Shown piece by piece: positions 1 through 10,031 of a stretch of DNA of 64,000 bases. A program made the translations under genes and the position numbers. The notes under the pieces were generated by a model, which searched no databases, had not been told where the DNA came from, and saw only the letters and a program-made list of their open reading frames with translations. Within the stretch, counting starts at the first letter, position 1. The number at the start of each line of letters is the position of its first letter. The stretch spans positions 6,605 through 70,604 of the forward strand of contig JAICUY010000002.1 of assembly GCA_025935615.1 (NCBI GenBank). Reading direction: 5' to 3'. Source of the stretch: Steroidobacteraceae bacterium. Its GTDB lineage: Bacteria; Chloroflexota; Limnocylindria; QHBO01.

Positions 1-204
1 CTGGCGGGTGATTTCCGCCGTCCAGGTGCGCTCCTCGCCGCCGACTTCGGCGGTCCACACCAGGTGCGTGTCGTCCTGTTGGGTGACCGACTTCACCCCC
101 TCCATGAACTGAGGAAACGACTCGAACTGCGTCCACTGGTTATACGCGACGCTGACAGGAACATTGACTTCGACAGACTGCTCGACGTGCGCCATCGATT
201 CCCT
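1..204 (-). CDS. SRPBCC / polyketide cyclase-dehydrase family protein. The 5' part of the gene is in the window and the gene continues past the left edge.
   Basis: Reverse-strand translation from ATG (revcomp of cat at about 202-204) gives MAHVEQSVEVNVPVSVAYNQWTQFESFPQFMEGVKSVTQQDDTHLVWTAEVGGEERTWTAEITRQ, which looks SRPBCC-like. An AAGGAAGG Shine-Dalgarno sits upstream of the start. No stop occurs before the window edge, so the gene is partial. Confidence 0.5.
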
Positions 205-313
205 TCCTTTCGTATCTGATCGTCATCTGACGTGCGTTGGATAGGGTGCAAGGCATGGGCCAGCGACTGCATGCCCTTGCTCGCTTGGCACGCGCGGTGC
301 TCAAGCGGCCCTC

Positions 314-784
314 GTGGCAACCCGACAATCGACGACGGAAGCCGTCATCACCAGCGACGAACGAGTCGCGGAGGGGCGGCGCGACGAGCGTTCCGGCGGG
401 ATCGGCGCAAGCTTCGCCCACATCGCATCGCGCATCTCCGAGGTCCTCGGTTCGGCCTGGGCCTTTCTGGTCGCCGCGCTGGTCATCCTGCTGTGGGCCA
501 TCACCGGCCCCGTCTTCGGATTCAGCGACACCTGGCAGCTGGTGATCAACACGGGAACCACCATCGTGACCTTCCTGATGGTGTTCGTCATCCAGAACAC
601 CCAGAACCGCGACTCGAAGGCGACTCAGCTCAAGCTCGACGAGTTGCTCCGCGCAGTCGACGACGCGCGCATGACCTTCATCGGCGCCGAGGATGAGGAC
701 GAGGAGCAGCTGAACGAGCAGAAGGAGGAGTTCGAGGCCGAGAAGGCGGACGACGCGGAGCAGGTCGGCGAGGCGGAGGCATGA
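314..784 (+). CDS. Low-affinity iron permease family (Fet4-like) small membrane protein
   Basis: The 156-aa ORF contains AWAFLVAALVILLWAITGPVFGFSDTWQLVINTGTTIVTFLMVFVIQNTQNRD, which fits the low-affinity iron permease family pattern. It ends in a coiled acidic tail and has good GC3 codon bias. Confidence 0.6.
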   Translation: MATRQSTTEAVITSDERVAEGRRDERSGGIGASFAHIASRISEVLGSAWAFLVAALVILLWAITGPVFGFSDTWQLVINTGTTIVTFLMVFVIQNTQNRDSKATQLKLDELLRAVDDARMTFIGAEDEDEEQLNEQKEEFEAEKADDAEQVGEAEA

Positions 785-1284
785 CTGACCGCCTGAGCGA
801 CCTGCTCGTCGGTGCCCGCGCCGGCCTGGTGGCGACCGCCGCCATGAGTTTGCTGATGCTCGCGGCGCGTGCCGCGGGTCTCACCGGTCGACTGCCGCCG
901 GCCAGGATCGCCGACGAGGCGACCAAGGAGCTGCCCCCGGCCGGCCGCCCGAGCCGCGGCCAGCGGGACGCGCTGGGGGCCATCCTGCATTTCGGTTTCG
1001 GTGCGGCGCTCGGCGCGCTGTTCGGGCTGACGACCTCCGGGTTGCGCCGGGTCGGCGCTTCGACCGCGCTGGGGATCGGCTTCGGAACCGTGGTGTACGC
1101 GATCAGCTACCTGGGCTGGATCCCGGCGCTCAACATCCTGCCGCCGGCAACCGAGGACCGTCCCGGCCGCTCGATCACCATGCTGCTCGGCCACTGGCTG
1201 TTCGGCGGCGTGCTCGGCGCGCTGGTCGCCCTCGGAGACGAGCGGCGCGAGGTCGCCAGCCGAGCCCGTCACCGCTTCGGCTGA
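781..1284 (+). CDS. Hypothetical integral membrane protein (DUF-type)
   Basis: The 167-aa ORF overlaps the previous gene in an ATGA arrangement. It is predicted to have 4 TM helices and a GC-rich third position. Confidence 0.5.
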   Translation: MTDRLSDLLVGARAGLVATAAMSLLMLAARAAGLTGRLPPARIADEATKELPPAGRPSRGQRDALGAILHFGFGAALGALFGLTTSGLRRVGASTALGIGFGTVVYAISYLGWIPALNILPPATEDRPGRSITMLLGHWLFGGVLGALVALGDERREVASRARHRFG

Positions 1285-1296
1285 GCGCAACGTCCC

Positions 1297-3501
1297 CTAC
1301 TTGACCGAGACGACCTCGACGGCGCCCCGCTTGTGCAGGACCGAGATCCCGACGTCGTTCGTGCGCCGCTGGAGCGCCAGGTCGATCGAGCCGGCACCGA
1401 CCTTCAGGTCGCTGATCCACAGCTCCTCGATGAAGTCGGGCAGGCGCGAGTGGCTGAAACGGACCTGTCCGCCCAGCCCATCGACCTCCACCCCCAGGCA
1501 CGCCTGCAGCAGCAGGAAGACCGATCCGGCCGCCCAGGCCTGTGGAGAGCAGGCCACCGGATAGGCGGTCGGCCCCTCCCCCGGGCGGCGCGGGAAGCCG
1601 CAGAACAGCTCGGGCAGCCGCCGCAGGTCGATGAACAGGCTGGCGTCGAACATGGCCTCCAGGATCCGAAGCGCCGCATCGGTCAGGCCATAGCGAGCCA
1701 TGCCGGCCGCGATCAGCGCGTTGTCGTGCGGCCAGACCGATCCGTCGTGGTACGACATCGGGTTGTAGCGTGACTCGCCGCGCGCGACGGTGCGGATGCC
1801 CCAGCCGGAGAAGGCGTTCGAGGTGAGCAGGCCCTCGGCGACACGAGCGGCCCGGTCCGGCGATGCGATGGCGGTGAACAGGGCGTGGCCGGCGTTCGAG
1901 GTCCGCACGCGGCACGGCTGCTTGTCGCCGTCGAGCGCTTCGGCGTAGGTGCCCAGCTCCTCCACCCAGAAGGCATCCTCGAACTGCTTGCGCAGCCGTT
2001 CGGCCTGCTGCTGCAGCTCCTCGCCGCGCTGCTCATGGCCGAGCGCCCGCGCCAGCTCGCCCGCGCCGCGGCGTGCGGCATAGCTGTAGCCCTGGATCTC
2101 GCACAGGGCGATCGGACCGTCCGCGAGACGGCCGTCGGCGTGGAAGACCGAATCGAGCGAATCCTTCCAGCCCTGGTTGGCGAGGCCGCGCTGGGTGCGG
2201 CGCTGGTACTCGATGAAGCCGTCGCCGTCCGGATCGCCGTAGCCGTCCATCCAGGCCAGGGCGCGCTCGACGTTCGGCCACAGCTCGCCGACCAGCTCGA
2301 CGTCGCCCGAGCGCCGCCAATACTCGGCGGCCAGCATCACGAACAGGGGCGTCGCGTCGGCGCTGCCGTAATAGCGTCCGAAGGGCACCTCGCCGAGCGC
2401 GGCCATCTCGCCGTGGCGCATCTCGTGCACGATCTTGCCCGGCTCGGCGTCGCGCTCCGGGTCGACCTCATCGGCCTGCGTGGCGGCCAGCACGGTCAGG
2501 ACGCCGCGCGCCATCTCCGGCTCGGCCCACAGGCACTCCATGGCGGTGACCAGCCCATCGCGGCCGAAGACGGTGCTGTACCACGGCACGCCGGCGTACG
2601 GGTAGTCACCGTGCGGAGTGATCGTCGTCATCATCGCCAGGTCCGCGTCGCTGCGGCGGATCCAGTCGTTGAACTGGCCGTTGCTGGTCTGCACGTCGGC
2701 GCCTCGCCGCCGCAGCTGAGCCAGGGACTCGCTGACGGCCTGCGGGGTGGTCGGCGCCGGCACCCGGCGGGGCTCGTCGGACTCTTCGCAGGCAACCACC
2801 ACCTCGACCGCCATCTCCGCCTGCGGCTCGAGCCGGACGTCGTACGCGGCGGTCGTGCGGCTGAGCCGGTCGGGCGGAGGCTCGAACCGCAGCCGAGTGG
2901 AGCGGCTCACGTCATCCAGCCCGTCGTAGCGCAACAGCACGCCGTCGTCGAGGACCTGTGGCTCGCGCTGCGTGCCGCGACGATCGCGCTTCGCACCGCG
3001 GACTTCGAAGATGTCGGCGAAATCGGCATCGAAGCGAAGCTCGATCGGGACGCGCACCGGCGTCAGCCCGTAGTTGCGGAAGACGATCCGGTTGTGGCAC
3101 GCGTCGTCCCATAGGAAGGCCGTGCGGGCGATGTGCACGGTGCCGCGCGCGACGAGAAGCTCGTCGTCCTCCGAGACGTCGGGGTTGGTCAGGTCGACGG
3201 CCAGCAGCGCGTTGTCCTGGCGAATGGTGGAGCTGAGCAGCATCGGCCGCTCGTTGGCCAGGCGCAGCAGCATGCCCGACAGGAAGCGAGTGCCCTGGTG
3301 GTAGAGCCCCTCCTCGCCCAGTCCGACCGGCTTGATGTCGCCGTATCGGTCGAAGACGACGAAGGTCTCGCCCTGCTTGAGAACGCGATCCTCCTCGTCG
3401 GCGAGCGAGGAGGTGGCGAGGATGTAGTAGCGATCCTCGACCTCGAGGATGTCGCTCGGCAGTCCGGTCGAGGGCTCAGGCCGATGCTGTTGAGCGCTCA
3501 C
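1297..3501 (-). CDS. Glycogen-debranching-enzyme-like amylo-alpha-1,6-glucosidase family glycoside hydrolase (GDE_N_bis + GDE_C)
   Basis: The 734-aa ORF carries the conserved C-terminal block NPMSYHDGSVWPHDNALIAAGMARYGL and an N-terminal GDE_N-like region. It appears to start on GTG and overlaps the GT4 gene by 26 nt. Confidence 0.8.
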   Translation of the reverse strand: MSAQQHRPEPSTGLPSDILEVEDRYYILATSSLADEEDRVLKQGETFVVFDRYGDIKPVGLGEEGLYHQGTRFLSGMLLRLANERPMLLSSTIRQDNALLAVDLTNPDVSEDDELLVARGTVHIARTAFLWDDACHNRIVFRNYGLTPVRVPIELRFDADFADIFEVRGAKRDRRGTQREPQVLDDGVLLRYDGLDDVSRSTRLRFEPPPDRLSRTTAAYDVRLEPQAEMAVEVVVACEESDEPRRVPAPTTPQAVSESLAQLRRRGADVQTSNGQFNDWIRRSDADLAMMTTITPHGDYPYAGVPWYSTVFGRDGLVTAMECLWAEPEMARGVLTVLAATQADEVDPERDAEPGKIVHEMRHGEMAALGEVPFGRYYGSADATPLFVMLAAEYWRRSGDVELVGELWPNVERALAWMDGYGDPDGDGFIEYQRRTQRGLANQGWKDSLDSVFHADGRLADGPIALCEIQGYSYAARRGAGELARALGHEQRGEELQQQAERLRKQFEDAFWVEELGTYAEALDGDKQPCRVRTSNAGHALFTAIASPDRAARVAEGLLTSNAFSGWGIRTVARGESRYNPMSYHDGSVWPHDNALIAAGMARYGLTDAALRILEAMFDASLFIDLRRLPELFCGFPRRPGEGPTAYPVACSPQAWAAGSVFLLLQACLGVEVDGLGGQVRFSHSRLPDFIEELWISDLKVGAGSIDLALQRRTNDVGISVLHKRGAVEVVSVK

Positions 3502-4609
3502 CGGACCGATTGTCGACCATCGGCGCCGGCGGCGCCAGCGCGGCCGGCGTTCTCGAAGCGATTCTGACTCCGATTGGCGTCGCTGCCTCCGCTGCCAGCA
3601 GCTCGCCGTACAGCTCCACGTAGTCGCTCGCCATGCGCCGCGCGGTGAAGCGGCGCTCGAACAGCTGGCGGCAGTCGGCGCGGTCCAGCTCGATGACGCG
3701 CTCTACGGCGGCGACCGCGGCTGCCACGTCGTCCACCACGAAGCCGGTCACGCCATCCTCGACCAGCTCCGGCACCGCGCCGTGGCGGAAGCCGATCACC
3801 GGCGTGCCGCATGCCATCGCCTCGATCAGCACCAGTCCGAACGGCTCCGGCCAGTCGATGGGGAAGAGCAGCGCATAGGCGTTGCCCAGCAGCTCGTCAC
3901 GCTCGACGTCGCCGATCTCGCCCAGGAATTCGACGAGCGGGTCGTCGAGCAACGGCAGCACCTGTTCGGCGTAGGCCCGGTCGGTCGGGCTCACCTTGGC
4001 CGCGACCTTGAGCGGCATCCCCACCCGGCGCGCGATGTCGACGGCGCGGTCGACGCGCTTTTCCGGCGAGATGCGACCGACGAAGGCCAGGTAGTCGCCG
4101 TGTCGTTCGCGGAATCGATGCTGCCTCGCCGGAATGCCGTGGTAGACCATGCCCAGCCAGTTGGCCTCGGCCAGCGGGCGCCGCTGGGCGAAGGAGATCG
4201 AGGACAGCGCCAGTCCCGGATAGCGCTCCAGCATGGCTCGCCAGGGACGGCCGTCCATGCGACCGTGGGGTGTGGTCAGGCTGGCGTTGGCGCAGCTGCG
4301 GAGCACCGGGAAGGCGAGATAGTCGACGTGGTTGTGGACGATGTCGAACTGATCGCCCTCGCGCGCGACCTGCCCCATCAGCCGCAGCTGGGCGTCCAGG
4401 CTCTCGCCCGGCCGATCCGCCAGGCGCAGCGCCTCCGCTCCCCACGAGACGAGGCGCGCAGAGGTCGTGGAATCGCCGCTGGCAAAGAGGGTCACCTCGT
4501 GGCCGAGCGCCACCAGCTCCTCGGTGAGGTAGGAGACGACGCGCTCGGTGCCGCCGTACAGGCGTGGCGGCACGCTCTCATAGATCGGCGCGATCTGCGC
4601 GATTCTCAC
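3476..4609 (-). CDS. GT4 family glycosyltransferase
   Basis: The 377-aa ORF begins MRIAQIAPIYESVPPRLYGGTERVV, a typical GT4 N-terminus. An E-x7-E-like region sits at the C-terminus. Confidence 0.8.
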   Translation of the reverse strand: MRIAQIAPIYESVPPRLYGGTERVVSYLTEELVALGHEVTLFASGDSTTSARLVSWGAEALRLADRPGESLDAQLRLMGQVAREGDQFDIVHNHVDYLAFPVLRSCANASLTTPHGRMDGRPWRAMLERYPGLALSSISFAQRRPLAEANWLGMVYHGIPARQHRFRERHGDYLAFVGRISPEKRVDRAVDIARRVGMPLKVAAKVSPTDRAYAEQVLPLLDDPLVEFLGEIGDVERDELLGNAYALLFPIDWPEPFGLVLIEAMACGTPVIGFRHGAVPELVEDGVTGFVVDDVAAAVAAVERVIELDRADCRQLFERRFTARRMASDYVELYGELLAAEAATPIGVRIASRTPAALAPPAPMVDNRSGERSTASA

Positions 4610-4690
4610 GGGACCCCCTTGACGTGCTCGAGACCGAAGCGGTGGCGCACCGTCAACAGCAGTCGGCTTGCCACGCGCGCCGCTGCCGGC

Positions 4691-5155
4691 TCAGCCGGTC
4701 GGCAGGGGGTGGGTGAAGTCGACGATCACGGCGCCAGAGCGGACCTCGGCCGGGAAGCGCTGCAGGCCCGCCTCTGCGTCGATCGGAATACCCTCGTAGG
4801 TCCACGTCGAGCCGTCACAGTCGCGCAGCCGGTCGCCCGCGACCGCCACCTCGCAGCCGGCCACCGGACTCCAGGCGTTGACTGCCGCGACGCCGCCGGC
4901 GACCGTCTGGGAGAGGAGGACGCGCAACGCGACGCGGCGGCCGTTGGGTTGCTCGCCCGGAAGGCCATGCGACTCGTTGAGCAGCAGGCTGCGGGCGAGG
5001 GGCGTGGCCCCGACCTCGGTAGCCGGTGCGACAGCGTAGTTGGCGTCGCCACGCTCCGGCGCGAAGCTGAAGATGAGCGGGCGTACGACGAGCATCAGCG
5101 CGACGAGGACCACCAGGCCCAGCACGGCGGCGACCGCATAGCGGGCGAATGGCAT
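4691..5155 (-). CDS. Hypothetical N-terminally membrane-anchored protein
   Basis: The 154-aa ORF has an N-terminal TM segment (AVAAVLGLVVLVALMLVV). It is the last gene of a 3-gene minus-strand run and shows no recognisable catalytic motif. Confidence 0.4.
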   Translation of the reverse strand: MPFARYAVAAVLGLVVLVALMLVVRPLIFSFAPERGDANYAVAPATEVGATPLARSLLLNESHGLPGEQPNGRRVALRVLLSQTVAGGVAAVNAWSPVAGCEVAVAGDRLRDCDGSTWTYEGIPIDAEAGLQRFPAEVRSGAVIVDFTHPLPTG

Positions 5156-5157
5156 GC

Positions 5158-5850
5158 TCAGCTGCCCGGCGGCACGAGCTCGACCAGGGTGGCGCCCGTG
5201 CAGTTATAGAGCAGCGTCGGGCCGTGGCGCAGGGAGCGATGGTCGAGGCCGCGCCGAACAAGGGCAGTGTGGCCATGGAGCCACAGCGGCGGGCGCAGCC
5301 GATCGATGAGCCAGCGGAACGCGCCGAAGCCTCGATGCGCCAGATCGGCAGCGTCGTTCAGCCCGCGTGGCGGTGCGTGGCTCACGACGAGCATCGGTCC
5401 GCGGCGGCCGACGGAAGCAAGCCAGCCGCGCAGCGACCGCAGCCACATGCCGGCGGCCGATACCTGCACCTTCTCCTTCGGGTCGTTGTACTCGGGCGAG
5501 CCACTGAAACCGAGCAGTGCCAGCCCGTCCTCGACGTGAACTCTTCCGTCGGGCAGCGGCGTTGGCAGGTGCTCGCGCTCGACGACGCGCCACGCCTCCC
5601 CCAGGTCATGGTTGCCGCGCACGTAGACCATCGGCACGCTGGCGAACGCATCGGCCACGAAGGCCAGGTAGTCGGCCCGCAGGTCGCCGCAGCCGATGAT
5701 CAGGTCGATCGGCTCCAGCTCCCGTCTCGTCGCCTCGGACTCGAGCGCCGCGTCCGGTTCATCGGAGATGGCCAGGATCCGCAGCGGCCGACCCTCGCGG
5801 CGAGCGAACAGCTGACGGTCGGGCCACTCCACTCGCAGACGGTCGGTCAC
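5158..5850 (-). CDS. Calcineurin-like metallophosphoesterase
   Basis: The 230-aa ORF has the phosphoesterase motifs LAISDEPD, GCGDL and VRGNHD in the order GDxxD..GNHD. Confidence 0.7.
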   Translation of the reverse strand: MTDRLRVEWPDRQLFARREGRPLRILAISDEPDAALESEATRRELEPIDLIIGCGDLRADYLAFVADAFASVPMVYVRGNHDLGEAWRVVEREHLPTPLPDGRVHVEDGLALLGFSGSPEYNDPKEKVQVSAAGMWLRSLRGWLASVGRRGPMLVVSHAPPRGLNDAADLAHRGFGAFRWLIDRLRPPLWLHGHTALVRRGLDHRSLRHGPTLLYNCTGATLVELVPPGS

Positions 5851-6404
5851 CCTCGTTCCTCCCCGTCATCGGCCAGCAGCTCGCTGCGGGCCTCGGGGAC
5901 GAGATGCTGCTCGGCGGTCGGCGACAGCCGCCCCTCGCCCGCGCTGCGCAGCGCCCGCGCCTCGACCAGGGAGGCCGGAGCCGTGGCCGTCGCCGGCGAG
6001 CTGGGCTCGACGCCCGGGACGACCAGCTCGACCACGTCAGCGTCGATGCCCACCATTCCGGCCTGGCGAGCGGCGGCGACCCGGTTGTGGCCGTCGCTGA
6101 CGAAGTACTCATCCCCGACCTGGATCAGGTCGATCGGGGGCAGCACCGCCAGCCGATCGACAGCGCCCCGGATGCGTTGCCAGCGGGCGCGCCAGTTGTG
6201 CCCGCGCAGCTCGGGGAGCGGCAGAAAATCGTCGGTCACCTGGGACGGCTGGCGGGTCGTTCCGACGATGTTGTCGACCGGCACGATCTGGACGCCGCGC
6301 ATCCGTCGCGTGGCCGATGCGGCGTGCGGGTAGCGGTCGTAGAGGGAGGGCAGCGGCTGGGGGTGGCGAAGGCGTTTCAACCGGTTGCGGAGCGGGCGCA
6401 TCAT
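5847..6404 (-). CDS. ParB/sulfiredoxin-fold (ParB-like nuclease domain) protein
   Basis: The 185-aa ORF contains IVPVDNIVGTTRQ and YFVSDGHNRVAAARQAG, which read as ParBc-like motifs. It overlaps the phosphoesterase gene by 4 nt. An internal ATG near 6302 is a possible alternative start. Confidence 0.55.
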   Translation of the reverse strand: MMRPLRNRLKRLRHPQPLPSLYDRYPHAASATRRMRGVQIVPVDNIVGTTRQPSQVTDDFLPLPELRGHNWRARWQRIRGAVDRLAVLPPIDLIQVGDEYFVSDGHNRVAAARQAGMVGIDADVVELVVPGVEPSSPATATAPASLVEARALRSAGEGRLSPTAEQHLVPEARSELLADDGEERG

Positions 6405-6463
6405 CCATGTGGTTACGTACCGTTTGTCGAGTACTATGGTGCTTCATTCTCGCGTGGACCGTG

Positions 6464-6483
6464 CCGAACGCTCCCGCGTTCGG
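6464..6483. promoter_or_regulatory. Palindrome CCGAACGC-tccc-GCGTTCGG about 30 nt upstream of the sugar ABC ATPase start. It is a candidate operator or hairpin.
   Basis: The site is an 8-bp perfect inverted repeat. It lies in the 108-nt divergent intergenic region, and a tactat -10-like hexamer sits nearby. Confidence 0.25.
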
Positions 6484-6512
6484 TCCCGACCTGTTTCGGA
6501 GGACCGGCTCTC

Positions 6513-7604
<1,092 letters not shown>

Positions 7605-7657
7605 ACGGCGAGGGCGAGTTCGGGGGTAGTACCACCAACCGCATTGGAGGATCCCGC

Positions 7658-8965
7658 ATGACACGTTGGCAGCGCTTGGCGGCTCCGTCGCTGGCTCTCG
7701 CCCTTCTGCTCGCCGCCTGCAGCTCAGGCGGCAACACGAGCTCGCCCGGAGGCAGCGGAGCGCCCGGCGGCAGCGGCCAGGTCGGCGGCACCGTCTCGGT
7801 GATCGGAACGTGGGGAGGCGATGAGGAGAAGGCCTTCCTCCAGATGGTCAAGCCGTTCGAGGACCAGACGGGCATCGATGTGCAGTACACCGGTACGCGC
7901 GACATCAACACCGTGCTGACCACCGGCGTGGCCTCGGGCGTTCTGCCCGATCTCGCCGGCCTGCCCGGCCCGGGCCAGATGCAGGACTTCGCCAACGCCG
8001 ACGCCCTGAAGCCGCTCGATGACGTGCTTGACGTCCAGAGCTACAAGGATCAGACCGCTCCGGCGCTGGTGCAGCTCGGAACGGTCAACGACAAGATCTA
8101 CGGCATCTTCATCAAGTCCGCGGTCAAGGGCCTGATGTGGTACGACCCCAAGGTCACCAATTTCGGCGACAACCCGCCGAAGACCTGGGACGATCTGCAG
8201 GCGGCGCTCAAGGCAAATGCCTCCAAGGCCGATGCGCAGTGGTGCCTGGGCATCGAGTCCGGCGCCGCCACCGGCTGGCCCGCAACCGACTGGATCGAGG
8301 ATCTCGTCCTGCGCCAGGCCGGGCCGGACGTCTACAACCAGTGGTGGCAGGGCAAGGTCAAGTGGAGCGATCCTGCCATCAAGCAGGCGTTCCAGACCTA
8401 CGGCGAAGTGGTTGCGAACTCGAAGGGCGGTGGCAACACGGTTGTCGCCACGAACTTCGCCAACGCGGGCGACCCGCTGTTCGACGACCCGCCGGGTTGC
8501 CAGCTCCTGCACCAGGCCAGCTTCATCACCGGCCTCGGCGCCTTCCCCAAGCAGAAGGCCGGCGAGGACTACGACTTCTTCCCGTTCCCCGACATCAACC
8601 CCGACTACGCGGGCGCGATCGAGGGGGCAGGCGACCTGTTCGGCATGTTCCATGACACCCCGCAGGCCAAGGCACTGATGAAGTACCTGGTCACGCCTGA
8701 GGCTCAGTCGATCTGGGTCGGCATCGGCGGTGCCCTGTCGGCCAACAAGCAGGTCACCAACTATCCGGACGACGTCGCCAAGCGATCGGCCGAGGCGCTG
8801 GTCAACGCGCAGATCTTCGCGTTCGACGCATCCGACCTCATGCCAACCGCCATGAACGACGCCTTCTGGAAGGGCGTGACGGACTACACGCAGCATCCGG
8901 ACAAGCTGGATTCGATCCTCCAGAGCCTGGATCAGACCCAGGCCGATGCGTACGCAGCGCAGTAG
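7658..8965 (+). CDS. Extracellular solute-binding protein family 1 lipoprotein (carbohydrate ABC substrate-binding)
   Basis: The ATG at 7658 is preceded by GGAGG. The protein has a signal peptide with an LAACS lipobox and a Gly/Ser-rich linker, then SBP_bac_1-like sequence. Confidence 0.85.
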   Translation: MTRWQRLAAPSLALALLLAACSSGGNTSSPGGSGAPGGSGQVGGTVSVIGTWGGDEEKAFLQMVKPFEDQTGIDVQYTGTRDINTVLTTGVASGVLPDLAGLPGPGQMQDFANADALKPLDDVLDVQSYKDQTAPALVQLGTVNDKIYGIFIKSAVKGLMWYDPKVTNFGDNPPKTWDDLQAALKANASKADAQWCLGIESGAATGWPATDWIEDLVLRQAGPDVYNQWWQGKVKWSDPAIKQAFQTYGEVVANSKGGGNTVVATNFANAGDPLFDDPPGCQLLHQASFITGLGAFPKQKAGEDYDFFPFPDINPDYAGAIEGAGDLFGMFHDTPQAKALMKYLVTPEAQSIWVGIGGALSANKQVTNYPDDVAKRSAEALVNAQIFAFDASDLMPTAMNDAFWKGVTDYTQHPDKLDSILQSLDQTQADAYAAQ

Positions 8966-8993
8966 CGCGGAGGAGCGAGACATCTGACGGCGA

Positions 8994-9022
8994 GGAGGGC
9001 TGCCGCTCGGCGGCGGCCCTCC
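8994..9022 (+). terminator. Intra-operon stem-loop (GGAGGGC..GCCCTCC) between the binding-protein and permease genes. It is probably an attenuator or processing hairpin.
   Basis: The stem is 7 bp with a 15-nt loop and there is no T-tract. Its position after the binding-protein gene is typical for differential expression of ABC operons. Confidence 0.35.
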
Positions 9023-9050
9023 TCCGCGCACCCGCAGGACGGAGGCGGAG

Positions 9051-10031
9051 ATGGACCCTCGGCTCGTGACCGCGCTGATCGTGCTCATCGGTGTGCCGGC
9101 CGTGCTGGTCGGCTACATCTGGGGCACCGAGCAGGTGCTCAAGGTGTTCCCTGAACGGGTCAAGCCACGCGTGCGGCCCTGGCTGTGGCTCCTGCCGGCC
9201 ATCGCCTTCCTGTTCATCTTCCTGGTCTATCCGACCATCGGCACCATCGTCCGCAGCTTCGAGAGCAAGGGCAACATCCTCGGCGAGAACACCAAGTTCA
9301 TCGGCCTTGACAATTACGTCTGGTTCTTCACCGACGGCCGCGCGCTGAGCGCTCTGAAGAACAACGTCCTCTGGCTCGTCTTCCTGACCCTGTTCACGGT
9401 CGGTCTGGGACTGATCATCGCGGTGCTGGTCGATCGGGTCCGCTACGAGTCGTTCGCCAAGTCGATCATCTTCCTGCCGCTTGCGATCAGCATGGTCGCC
9501 GCGTCGGTTATCTGGAAGTTCATGTACGACTACGATCCGAACGTCGGCACCCTGAACGCCGTCGCCGGCATCTTCGGAGCAGGGCCGGTCAACTGGGCGC
9601 AGACCTCGGGCTTCAGCCTGACGACGTTCATGCTGATCATCGTCATGACGTGGATGTGGACCGGGTTCGCCATGGTCATCATCTCGGCCGGCCTGAAAGG
9701 CATCAACACCGAGCTGCTCGAGGCTGCCCGCGTCGACGGCGCAAACGAGTGGCAGGTCTTCCGCGGGATCATCTTCCCGCTGCTGCTGCCGACGATTGCG
9801 GTGGTGGCAACCACGATCATCATCACCGCCCTCAAGGCGTTCGACATCGTCTACACCATGACCAACGGCAACTTCGACACTGAGGTGGTCGCCAATCTGA
9901 TGTACAAGGAGATGTTCACCAACCAGAACTTCGGCAGGGCCGGGGCTCTGGCCGTCATCCTTCTGCTGGCGATCATCCCGATCATGGCCTTCAACGTCCG
10001 CCGCTTCCAGGCGCAGGAGGCGATCCGATGA
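9051..10031 (+). CDS. Sugar ABC transporter permease (MalF/UgpA-like)
   Basis: The protein has 6 TM segments and the EAA-like loop EAARVDGANEWQVFRGIIFPLL. Confidence 0.85.
   Translation: MDPRLVTALIVLIGVPAVLVGYIWGTEQVLKVFPERVKPRVRPWLWLLPAIAFLFIFLVYPTIGTIVRSFESKGNILGENTKFIGLDNYVWFFTDGRALSALKNNVLWLVFLTLFTVGLGLIIAVLVDRVRYESFAKSIIFLPLAISMVAASVIWKFMYDYDPNVGTLNAVAGIFGAGPVNWAQTSGFSLTTFMLIIVMTWMWTGFAMVIISAGLKGINTELLEAARVDGANEWQVFRGIIFPLLLPTIAVVATTIIITALKAFDIVYTMTNGNFDTEVVANLMYKEMFTNQNFGRAGALAVILLLAIIPIMAFNVRRFQAQEAIR

Noticed and set aside
625-1290. Many long ORFs in the track run antisense to well-supported genes. Examples are 625..1290-, 1885..3114+, 3782..5209+, 6444..7664-, 7724..9088-, 8838..10043-, 15175..16329+, 16172..18175+, 18685..20148+, 20236..22065+, 23001..25481+, 27122..28348+, 31674..33473-, 33527..34576-, 34808..35740-, 42149..44056+, 44164..46032+, 47769..50093+, 51932..53581+ and 55073..56173-.
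   Set aside because: These are typical artefacts of a roughly 70% GC genome, where stop codons are rare in all frames. Their translations are Arg/Ala/Gly/Pro-rich with no motifs. Each overlaps a gene that has clear family signatures and proper GC3 bias.
4691-5155. A Rieske-like iron-sulfur domain in the 154-aa protein, suggested by its GCEVAV...DCDG Cys pair
   Set aside because: There are no His ligands and no CxH/CxxH boxes. Two cysteines alone are insufficient evidence.
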